A stretch of DNA of 24,000 bases from an uncultured archaeon (GTDB lineage: Archaea > Asgardarchaeota > Lokiarchaeia > Sigyniarchaeales > SOKP01): NCBI GenBank assembly GCA_964388035.1, contig CAYLZE010000039.1, forward strand, positions 18,096-42,095, read 5' to 3'. Positions 16,543 to 24,000 of the stretch are shown here, piece by piece. Each line of letters starts with the position of its first letter. Position 1 is the first letter of the stretch. Under the pieces are notes generated by a model. It was not told where the DNA came from, ran no database searches, and saw nothing but the letters and a program-made list of their open reading frames with translations. Both the position numbers and the translations under genes were made by a program.

Positions 16543-19149
16543 ATGACGCCAGAGCAAGAATATCCTAAAAGGTATAATCATGGTCAAGTCCAGAAAAAAT
16601 GGATTACATTTTGGAAGAAGGAGGGGATTTATAAATTCAATCCCAAATGTAAAGATAAAGTATTTTCTATTGACACTCCTCCACCTTTCGTTAGCGGAAC
16701 CCTTCATTTAGGGCACGTTCTTAATCATTCATGGATTGATTTTGTTGCGAGATATCATAAAATGGCAGGTGATAATGTCTTCTTCCCGCAAGGTTTTGAT
16801 TGCCATGGACTTCCCGTGGAACTAGCCGTCGAGAAAAATTATGGAATCACCAAAGAAAATAGAGAACAATTTCTAACCAAATGCGTGGAATGGGTCGAAC
16901 AAAATATAAATAATATGACCCAACAATTCGATGAGCTGGGATATTCAACGGATTGGAATTATACCTATCGAACCATGAATGATGATTATAAATATAAAGT
17001 GCAATGGTCGCTTTTATATTTTTATAATAAGGGCTGGTTATATCGTGAAAAATTTCCCACTCATTTCTGCGTAAATTGTCAAACATCCGTGGCAAAGGCT
17101 GAAGTCGGATATGAAGATGAAATGGGCAAGTTATGGTACATAAAATTACCTCTTGTGAATAGAGAGAATGAATTCATCACCATTGCTACTACGCGTCCGG
17201 AGTACATGGAAGCTTGCGTGGGAATTTTCATCCATCCGAATGATGATCGTTATTATGATCTTTCTGCAGCAGAAGTTAAAATTCCTTTTACTGATCGCAC
17301 GGTTCAGATTCGCATGGATAAAAACGTTGATATGAATTTTGGTACGGGAATAGTATATAACTGTACATATGGAGATGAAACCGATATAAAATGGAGAATT
17401 CAATATGATTTACCGGAAATACAAATTTTTACTATTGATGGACACATGAATCAAAATTCTAAATATGAAGGTCTAACCATTTTGGAGGCAAGAGAACAGA
17501 TTTTAAAAGAGCTAGAAGAAATAGGGCTCTTAGAAAAAGTAGAAGACTATGAACATCGCATAATTATTCATTCGGAAAGATCTTCTTGTAGAAAACCCAT
17601 AGAATATTTACCCGTGTATCAATGGTTCATTAACGTGAAAGATTTTACAGGTGAAATAATTGAGTCTGCAAATATCATGAAATGGTATCCTGAAAAACAT
17701 AAACAAAGACTTATAGATTGGTGTGAGGGTTTAGATTGGAATTGGGTCATTTCTCGTCAAAGAGTTTTTGGTACTCCTATCCCCTTTTGGTATTGTAAAA
17801 AATGTAATGAAATTATTGCTCCAAACGAGGAAGATTTACCCTTGGACCCCGTAAAGACACCCGCTCCCGTGAAAAAATGCCCAAAATGCGGGAGTTCAGA
17901 CTTAGAAGGTGAAAAAGACGTGTGTGATTGTTGGATAGATTCCAGCATCTCTCCATTAGCGATTAGTAAATGGCTAGAAGACGAGGAATTTTTTAAAAAA
18001 ACCTACATGAATGCTAAAGTTCATAGACCGCAAGGATACGAAATCATACGCACCTGGTTGTTCTATACTCTTTTTAGATGCAAAAAATTAACCGGTAAGG
18101 CACCATTCCACGAGGCAATGATTAACGGGATGGTAGCAGGCCCTGACGCACGCAAGATGTCCAAGAGTTTTGGAAATATCGTATCGCCTGATGAAGTCAT
18201 GCCCGAATTTGGTGCGGATGCCATAAGGCAATGGGCCGCATTAGGTACTCTTGGCGATGATTATCCCTTTGAATATACTTGGTATGATATTAATAAGAAA
18301 CAACCCGTGTCAGAAGAAACAATACAGAAAGAAAAAAAGCGTTTAGGAAAAGATAAATTCAAAAAAAAATATCAACGAAGATATGAACAATTAATTGCGG
18401 CTTCTCGCTTTCTAACAAAAATGTGGAATGCTTATCGATTTCTCTATTTAAATGTATCAAAAATTGATTTGTCTGATATTGATGTTGAAATCAAAGATTT
18501 ATCTGCGGTAGATTCTTACATTTTTTCTGAATTTAACGAAAAACTTGAAGCGATCAAAAATGCTTTTGAAGGCTATAACTGGCATGATGCTTTTATAAAT
18601 TTGAAGACGTTCTTTTGGAACGATGTTTGTGATAATTATATAGAAGCAATTAAACATAAATTCTATTCGGAGGATAATACTGAATCTAACTCTGCTTTAA
18701 AGAATACTTTAAATTTATTTTATGAGTTATTGAAAATATTTGCTATTTTCATTCCTTTCATATCGGAAGAGATTCATGATTTATTGTATAAAAAATATGT
18801 GAAATCAAAATCAATTCATTTGGAACAACTTCCCAAAAAATTTGAAGATATTTCCAATGAAAAAGTGAATCAAGGTAAATTCTGTATAGAGATTATCAAA
18901 AACCTAAGAAATCTTAAATCAAAATTTGGTATCCCTCTGAATCAAGAAATAAGAGAAGTATATCTAATCTTAGAAAATAAGGATTCAGAAAAATTATCAA
19001 ATGAAACACTGGAAGATATTAGAAATACAATACGCATAAATGAATTAAAGATCAATGAAAAAATTGATAAATCCTTAATAGATAATGAACAAAGTTTTTT
19101 CAAGGAGGAAATCAAAGAAATGGGAATGACAGCTTACTTTTTTATTTGA
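16543..19149 (+). CDS. valS: Valyl-tRNA synthetase (archaeal type)
   Basis: Class I aaRS with HIGH-type motif PPPFVSGTLHLGHVLNHS and KMSKS (ARKMSKSFGN). Zn-ribbon-like CVNCQT and CKKCNE...CPKCGS are present. FPQGFDCHGLPVE matches archaeal ValRS as I recall it. A TATA-like TTATTTAATAA lies ~20 nt upstream of the ATG, compatible with a leaderless or short-leader mRNA. Confidence 0.88.
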   Translation: MTPEQEYPKRYNHGQVQKKWITFWKKEGIYKFNPKCKDKVFSIDTPPPFVSGTLHLGHVLNHSWIDFVARYHKMAGDNVFFPQGFDCHGLPVELAVEKNYGITKENREQFLTKCVEWVEQNINNMTQQFDELGYSTDWNYTYRTMNDDYKYKVQWSLLYFYNKGWLYREKFPTHFCVNCQTSVAKAEVGYEDEMGKLWYIKLPLVNRENEFITIATTRPEYMEACVGIFIHPNDDRYYDLSAAEVKIPFTDRTVQIRMDKNVDMNFGTGIVYNCTYGDETDIKWRIQYDLPEIQIFTIDGHMNQNSKYEGLTILEAREQILKELEEIGLLEKVEDYEHRIIIHSERSSCRKPIEYLPVYQWFINVKDFTGEIIESANIMKWYPEKHKQRLIDWCEGLDWNWVISRQRVFGTPIPFWYCKKCNEIIAPNEEDLPLDPVKTPAPVKKCPKCGSSDLEGEKDVCDCWIDSSISPLAISKWLEDEEFFKKTYMNAKVHRPQGYEIIRTWLFYTLFRCKKLTGKAPFHEAMINGMVAGPDARKMSKSFGNIVSPDEVMPEFGADAIRQWAALGTLGDDYPFEYTWYDINKKQPVSEETIQKEKKRLGKDKFKKKYQRRYEQLIAASRFLTKMWNAYRFLYLNVSKIDLSDIDVEIKDLSAVDSYIFSEFNEKLEAIKNAFEGYNWHDAFINLKTFFWNDVCDNYIEAIKHKFYSEDNTESNSALKNTLNLFYELLKIFAIFIPFISEEIHDLLYKKYVKSKSIHLEQLPKKFEDISNEKVNQGKFCIEIIKNLRNLKSKFGIPLNQEIREVYLILENKDSEKLSNETLEDIRNTIRINELKINEKIDKSLIDNEQSFFKEEIKEMGMTAYFFI

Positions 19150-19227
19150 TTTCCTTTAAAAACTCTCTTATTTTTAAAACTAAACTCCGTTTTTATAAAC
19201 GATGTAGATTTTTTCTGGTAAAGAGGA
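19150..19227. terminator. Convergent terminator region between valS and scpB
   Basis: Two T5 runs on the plus strand (19171-19175, 19190-19194) lie within 45 nt of the valS stop. An A5 run (19158-19162), which is T5 on the minus strand, lies downstream of scpB. Oligo-T tracts are the usual archaeal termination signal, but they are also common here by composition. Confidence 0.3.
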
Positions 19228-19965
19228 TTAATTTTCCCCTAGCTTTTCTTTTTTTTCTTCAATACCCAATTGAGCTATCATCATCCGTTTCATTTCTTCA
19301 ACATTTTTGGGCATTCCATACATTTCTGCATATTTATCCGTAGTTGTTAATTCTTGGGTTCTTCCTTTTTTTTTCGCTGAAATATACCCATTTTCTAAAA
19401 GATAACTAACATGTTCGTATGCTCCAGATCCTCTTATCTTTATCAAAGTTGATTTAAGAATTGGTTGTTTTAATGCAATAATTGTTAATGTTCTTAAATA
19501 TCGTTCTGCAATAGCCCCTCCTTTTGCAAATTTTGAAATTCGGTCCATGTATTCGGGTTTAATTTGTAATTGATACGTATCTTCTCCCAATTGGCTTATA
19601 ATTAGAGCAGAATTGCGATCCAAATATTCGAATGCTAATTCTTTCATTAAGTTTTCGACTTCTTTCTTGGAAAGATTCAATTTATTTGAAACTTCTTCAA
19701 TAGTGAGAGACGTTCCCGCAACAAATAAAGACGCTTCAATTAAATTCTTATTAAATTGTTGAGGTTCAATCTCAATGGTTATTTCGCCCTCATCTAACAT
19801 ATCGTTTGAAAGTTCAGTATCTGTTTCATTATTAATTTCTTCTTCAATCGGTGGATTTGAAATTTGATCTCCTTCTAAAGATTCGCCCAATTCTTCTTCG
19901 GGCTTTCCTTGTTCAAAATCCTCCTTTTCCTCTTCATCATTTTCTTCTTTATCATTCTCCATCAT
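19228..19965 (-). CDS. scpB: Segregation and condensation protein B (ScpB) with an ~70-aa acidic N-terminal extension
   Basis: Tandem winged-helix pattern: IEASLFVAG..LTIEEVS, then YLRTLTIIALKQPILKSTLIKIRGSGAYEHVSYLLENGYI...GRTQELTTTDKY. The N-terminus is E/D-rich (MMENDKEENDEEEKEDFEQGKPEEE...). It lies 31 nt downstream of scpA. Confidence 0.82.
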   Translation of the reverse strand: MMENDKEENDEEEKEDFEQGKPEEELGESLEGDQISNPPIEEEINNETDTELSNDMLDEGEITIEIEPQQFNKNLIEASLFVAGTSLTIEEVSNKLNLSKKEVENLMKELAFEYLDRNSALIISQLGEDTYQLQIKPEYMDRISKFAKGGAIAERYLRTLTIIALKQPILKSTLIKIRGSGAYEHVSYLLENGYISAKKKGRTQELTTTDKYAEMYGMPKNVEEMKRMMIAQLGIEEKKEKLGEN

Positions 19966-19996
19966 GATTAATATCCTATTTTTAAAAAATTCTAAA

Positions 19997-21103
19997 TTAT
20001 TTCAATTCGATAATTATGTCTTTAAAATCACTTTCTTGACTTAATTGAATTTCAGAAAATGCTTTACCCGCACCTCTAGCCCCTCCTGTGGATAAAAACA
20101 TGAGAGCAAGAAACAATCGAACTAAAACAAATTTTTTTCCCATAGAGGTTGATTCCTCATTTTTTATGATATTCATTAACTCAAAAAAAGATGTCTGTTC
20201 TTTATTATCTAAATTTATCGTTGCTCTAATGCGTTTTAACCAAGAATCATGTAATTCTTCAATAGTCTGTTCTTTTCCGCTTATATGTTTCAATATTTCC
20301 TTAGGTAGCTTTGCCTTGGATCTCATCTGAATTCTTTGCTGTTTATTTTCTTCTCTACGGATTCTCATTCTTTTAAGTTTTTCTTTCTTCTGCATGGTTT
20401 CAATGATCGCAGATCTCATGGCATCAAACAATTCTTCTTTGGTAGAGATTTCCATCTTTGGTCGAACTGGCTGAGGAAGGGACTTTGGAATCGTTCTTTC
20501 ATGACTTTTCCGCAGTTTTTCAATTTCTTCCTGTTTTTGGATCTCTTCTTCTTCTTTTATGACACTTGAAATTTTATAATGATGCAATACTGCCGAGTTC
20601 TTCAATGCTATTCCTGAGATTTTATAATTAATAAGATTCTCTTTAAGCATTTTGTCAAAGAAGTCATTAACTAAACTACCAAGCCCATAAAACACGATTT
20701 CGGACTCTTTAGCGAGTTCTGAATCTAATAAACTAGAATATGGGGGTTTATTCCAAAAATTTAACTCCATCTTGTCTTTTTTACCTAAGGAGGGATCTTC
20801 TTCTATTCCCGCAATGAGTTCCTTTTCTACCTCTTGGGTACTTTCTTCTTCACTATCAATTAAATTTGAACCATTATCTTCTATCTTTTTCTCTTCTGTT
20901 TCTGCATCGCCATTCTTATCTTTAAGAAACACTACAGCACGTTGAATATATTTTGAAGCAGTTGATTTTCCAATCCCCTTTACTTTAATTAGATCTTCTA
21001 CTTTAACTGAAGCTAAATCTTCGACAGAATCAATCCCTGCTTCCCTTAGAGTGGTAGCTGTCTTTTTTCCAATTCCGCCTATTTCTTCTAATGAGTGAAC
21101 CAT
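19997..21103 (-). CDS. scpA: ScpA-like kleisin fused to an N-terminal (HhH)2 DNA-binding domain
   Basis: The N-terminus LEEIGGIGKKTATTLREAGIDSVEDLA...LIKVKGIGKSTASKYIQRA contains two helix-hairpin-helix GIG motifs and resembles the RadA/Rad51 N-terminal domain. The middle segment ISGIALKNSAVLHHYKISS and the C-terminal FVLVRLFLALMFL...IQLSQESDFKDIII match the ScpA N-terminal helix and C-terminal winged helix. Adjacency to scpB supports the call. Confidence 0.72.
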   Translation of the reverse strand: MVHSLEEIGGIGKKTATTLREAGIDSVEDLASVKVEDLIKVKGIGKSTASKYIQRAVVFLKDKNGDAETEEKKIEDNGSNLIDSEEESTQEVEKELIAGIEEDPSLGKKDKMELNFWNKPPYSSLLDSELAKESEIVFYGLGSLVNDFFDKMLKENLINYKISGIALKNSAVLHHYKISSVIKEEEEIQKQEEIEKLRKSHERTIPKSLPQPVRPKMEISTKEELFDAMRSAIIETMQKKEKLKRMRIRREENKQQRIQMRSKAKLPKEILKHISGKEQTIEELHDSWLKRIRATINLDNKEQTSFFELMNIIKNEESTSMGKKFVLVRLFLALMFLSTGGARGAGKAFSEIQLSQESDFKDIIIELK

Positions 21104-21362
21104 ATGAATAATTTGGACTTATTTACTATTTACTAAGATACTTTAAATTATTCTATTATTATTAATAGAATCACTATTTCTTACCACTATTTTATAATTA
21201 ATTCATAATATTCGGTTTTTAAATATCTTTCTTCTTTAAAGTTGAAACTCTATTAATAAATGAAATCATAACATAATTAGTGAAATTAAATTCTCTAACT
21301 ATTACAAAATTAATAGAAAAAATCCAGAGGATAACGGAATTTAAATTACAAGTGATAGAAAT

Positions 21363-22010
21363 TTAAATAATTACTAATCTCTCGTTTTTTAAAGTAGGCT
21401 CAAGTAATGTTAATAAATCGGGATTGATAAATAACAGGATTTGTCTAAGTGCTTCTAACGCGCCATAGCCCTTAACTGCAATGGTAATTCTGTATGATAT
21501 TCTTAAATGCTCCTCATTATCAATAAAATTACCAAAACGGGCCCTTAAGACCTCTCTGAACTCATCTATCGAAATTAGATCTGATTTATTCGTGTCATAC
21601 TTATTTAAACATAAAACAATAGGTATTTTTGAGAGATTTTCACCAAAAATGGAAACGAGCTCGGAAAAACTTGCCAAATCGTGCTCCAATTCTGATTTTC
21701 TTGCATCTGCAATAAATACTATTCCATCACAACCTTGTTTCATGATTACCATGCGATTATCTTTATAGTATTTTTGTCCTGTTGTACCGATTAAGACGAG
21801 TTTGACCTTCCAACCCTTAGAAATAACAAAGGTATAAACCCCGTGATCCCAGAACAACGTTCTTCCATGAGTGCCCTCAATCTTATCTAAAACGCCACTT
21901 GCTCCATACAACGAATGAATATAATCGATCATGGTTGTTTTTCCTGCCATTGCAGGCCCATAATATATAATTTTAACAAAGATGGTCTTTGAAAGTTGAT
22001 CAATAATCAT
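21363..22010 (-). CDS. MglA-like small GTPase (Ras superfamily)
   Basis: G1 is KIIYYGPAMAGKTT (nt ~21933-21959). The switch I region is GRTLFWDH. G3 is GTTGQ, lacking the Ras Asp as MglA's TVPGQ does. The G4 motif is LNKYD. The G5-like motif is AVKGYGALEAL. The stretch VIMKQGCDGIVFIADA closely parallels MglA LILKGVDGVVFVADS as I recall it. Confidence 0.8.
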   Translation of the reverse strand: MIIDQLSKTIFVKIIYYGPAMAGKTTMIDYIHSLYGASGVLDKIEGTHGRTLFWDHGVYTFVISKGWKVKLVLIGTTGQKYYKDNRMVIMKQGCDGIVFIADARKSELEHDLASFSELVSIFGENLSKIPIVLCLNKYDTNKSDLISIDEFREVLRARFGNFIDNEEHLRISYRITIAVKGYGALEALRQILLFINPDLLTLLEPTLKNERLVII

Positions 22011-22153
22011 ATCTATTATCTTTCTCTATCTTATTATTTAAACTGAACTTTTTATTAATTTAGAATTCTAAATAAATCCCACGAAGTGAAAGGAGATTTT
22101 TGGTTTTAATAACCTCATAATTCCCATATCTGCCAAATTTTCTTCATGAAATA

Positions 22154-22450
22154 TTAAGCAGCAACAATCAGGTAACATATTTGGGCAAAGAAAAAGACTC
22201 CTAAAAGACCAATAGTAATTACAACAAGAGTTAGTAGAGAATTAATAAAAAGCGTGGATTCTAAACCATAAAAATAAAGTATGGTTTTCAATTTTTCTAT
22301 TAATATAAGAAGAGGCAAAAGTAAAATGAGATAAAAAATAAAACATATAAGTGTTCCAAAAAGATCTGCTGAGATTGCTGCATACATGAAAATTATTATT
22401 AACAAGCTTAAATACAATATTATTCCAAACAAGAGAATATTAAAATTCAC
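22154..22450 (-). CDS. Small hydrophobic membrane protein (98 aa, about three predicted TM helices)
   Basis: The ORF is almost entirely L/I/F/Y-rich hydrophobic segments. An open frame of this length is uncommon by chance in stop-rich AT DNA. I recognised no family. Confidence 0.5.
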   Translation of the reverse strand: MNFNILLFGIILYLSLLIIIFMYAAISADLFGTLICFIFYLILLLPLLILIEKLKTILYFYGLESTLFINSLLTLVVITIGLLGVFFFAQICYLIVAA

Positions 22451-22874
22451 GATAAAACTATATTCTTAAAAAAGTAGATTAATTCCACTATTTCTTATTT
22501 AGGAATTTTCAAAAGACCTTATTCTAACCATAATTCCGTAAATTCTTAAACTAAAGAAAAATCAACTAAATAATTAAAAGGGAGATTTTTAATTGTGAAA
22601 AGGGTTAATCTTTATTGCAGAGGGGTGCCACTTTTTTTTCCATAAAGGCTAATTGATGTGATATATTAAAATATAATCTTCCTGCATGTAAATAATTCTA
22701 AAATAAAATTATCGTACTTTTAAAAATTATCTTTCAAAAAAGTATTATGATCTCTTATTTTAATGAAGTCTTAAAAGCGACTGAGAGGGATAGATATTTT
22801 TCAAGGTGTTCTTTAAATAGATCCTATGCGTCTTTTTTTAATTCATTAGTTATAATTATAAAAAAAGAAATCTG

Positions 22875-23633
22875 GTGATAATTATCTCGGAAATTGATGA
22901 TGATTATAACGAGGACAATGAAAATGATTATGACCTTGATTGCGAGGAAGAAGTTGAGGAGGAACTTGAAGAGAAAATAGAAAATTTAAAAGAAATTGAT
23001 GATGATCTTGAAGAAAAAAAGATTGAGGTTTCGGAAAAGATTCAAGAATTCAAGAGAAAATCTTCCGGGGTTGAGAATTTAAGTAAACAAGATATTGATA
23101 TTAAGAATTATTATAAAGATTCTTCATTGAAAACGGAAAAAATATTGCATGATACTAAGAATGAACTTTTAAACAATGAAAAAACAGATCAATTGATTGC
23201 ATTTAAGCTAAAAAATGATACTTGTTCACTTTACGACAAATCATATTTAACAGAGATAGGATTAAAAAAAAAAATAGATTTAGACGGAATTCCTGATGAA
23301 ATTTCTTTCTTTTTGAACATGAGACGAATTAAAGTAAAAGAACTTGCAAGAAACATACCAAAAATCAGGGATAACGAAAATATTATACTAAAGAAAGAAA
23401 AAACCCAAATTTGTAAAAATGTTGTTAATTCTAATCAAAATGATAATTCTAATGAAATAAATGATGCGCATTCATTGGGGAAAAAAGATTTGCAGCAAAA
23501 TGAAGAGATAAATGAAAAAACAGAAATCCTTATCGAAATTTTAAAGGTGCTAATCAATCTTATTGCCCAGGAAAATTCACAATCTGATAACTTTAAAAAA
23601 GACATCTTAAAGATCTTAAATAAAAGAAATTAA
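22875..23633 (+). CDS. Hypothetical acidic/low-complexity protein (252 aa)
   Basis: A 759-nt open frame in ~30% GC DNA is unlikely by chance. It has a GTG start about 10-25 nt downstream of a TATA-like TTATAATTATAAAAAAAG, which may indicate a leaderless mRNA. The N-terminal 60 aa are D/E-rich and the rest is K/N/E-rich. No recognisable domain. Confidence 0.55.
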   Translation: MIIISEIDDDYNEDNENDYDLDCEEEVEEELEEKIENLKEIDDDLEEKKIEVSEKIQEFKRKSSGVENLSKQDIDIKNYYKDSSLKTEKILHDTKNELLNNEKTDQLIAFKLKNDTCSLYDKSYLTEIGLKKKIDLDGIPDEISFFLNMRRIKVKELARNIPKIRDNENIILKKEKTQICKNVVNSNQNDNSNEINDAHSLGKKDLQQNEEINEKTEILIEILKVLINLIAQENSQSDNFKKDILKILNKRN

Positions 23634-24000
23634 ACCAATTTTAATTAAAGGAAATTATAAGATCTTTTTGTTATCTCTATTTTTAACTTTTATCGCATCA
23701 AATCAACTTATAAAATCAAATGTAAAAAAAGTCATAAATGGACCACAACTCCCGGCGCGGTTTATCAAGGTAGTTGGTGTCCAAATTGTAAAAAACGGTC
23801 AAATAGCTAGGATGTTATCTTTAAGTTTAAGAAAAAAGTATCTAAATTAAATTACGAATAATCAAAATATGAAAATAATATTAGATCTGTAAGAATTCAA
23901 TGCTAAAAAGGGCATATCTTATGCATAACTCTACAACATTTGAAGTATTTGATGAAAAATAATCTTGAACGTAATAACAAAAGTAGAAAGACAGATGACC

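Noticed and set aside
16504-16707. A 67-aa minus-strand ORF overlapping the tRNA 3' end and the valS start.
   Set aside because: It overlaps two well-supported features and has no motifs.
4137-21768. Antisense or out-of-frame track ORFs nested in larger genes: 4137-4391, 5930-6208, 7308-7547, 10212-10430, 11598-11798, 12662-12898, 13230-13442, 13889-14101, 15304-15812, 16847-17948, 19146-19343, 20088-20569, 21481-21768.
   Set aside because: Each is fully overlapped by a much longer ORF with clear family motifs. The short ORFs have no recognisable motifs and shadow-frame composition.
22607-22639. Bacterial-style terminator-like element: AAAAGGG ... CCACTTTT stem followed by T8 (22632-22639).
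   Set aside because: The stem is weak (7 bp with a bulge and a 23-nt loop). No upstream plus-strand gene exists for it to terminate, and the T-run is unremarkable at this composition.
23668-23850. A 60-aa TTG-initiated ORF near the right edge.
   Set aside because: It has a weak start, no recognisable family, and overlaps the GC-rich hairpin that better explains the local composition. I did not call it as a CDS and kept it only as a note under the hairpin finding.
23851-24000. Possible C-terminal fragment of a minus-strand gene entering from the right edge (35 open codons).
   Set aside because: All three minus frames stay open for 20-35 codons here, and none shows a recognisable motif. The evidence is insufficient.
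1-24000. Scan for CRISPR arrays, IS elements or transposases, integrases, prophage genes, rRNA and long direct repeats.
   Set aside because: No regularly spaced repeats, terminal inverted repeats or recombinase-like ORFs were seen. The gene content is housekeeping-like and composition is uniform across the window.

Overview
The window is AT-rich (about 30% GC by eye), densely coding archaeal chromosome and looks like core genome, not a mobile island. The gene set suggests an Asgard (Lokiarchaeia-like) archaeon. That lineage call is inference from memory of protein families, because no database search was possible.

Genes from left to right:
- A 3'-truncated, unusually long topoisomerase VI subunit B gene on the minus strand. 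It is absent from the supplied ORF track because it runs off the left edge.
- coaBC.
- A partial LysW-type lysine/arginine biosynthesis cluster, lysX-lysZ-lysK.
- A tightly packed three-gene minus-strand operon encoding a MoxR AAA+ ATPase, a large VWA/MIDAS protein and a SWIM-like zinc-finger protein.
- A divergently transcribed glycyl-radical enzyme with no activase nearby.
- An intron-containing tRNA-Ala(CGC).
- valS.
- scpA-scpB, where ScpA carries an N-terminal (HhH)2 domain.
- An MglA-like small GTPase.
- A small membrane protein.
- An acidic low-complexity protein.

No CRISPR array, IS element, integrase or rRNA was seen. The best candidate for an undescribed system is the MoxR-VWA-SWIM operon. 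The other points worth a second look are the insertion-laden Top6B, the non-canonical D-arm tRNA intron, the orphan glycyl-radical enzyme, the HhH-kleisin fusion and the unpaired MglA-like GTPase.
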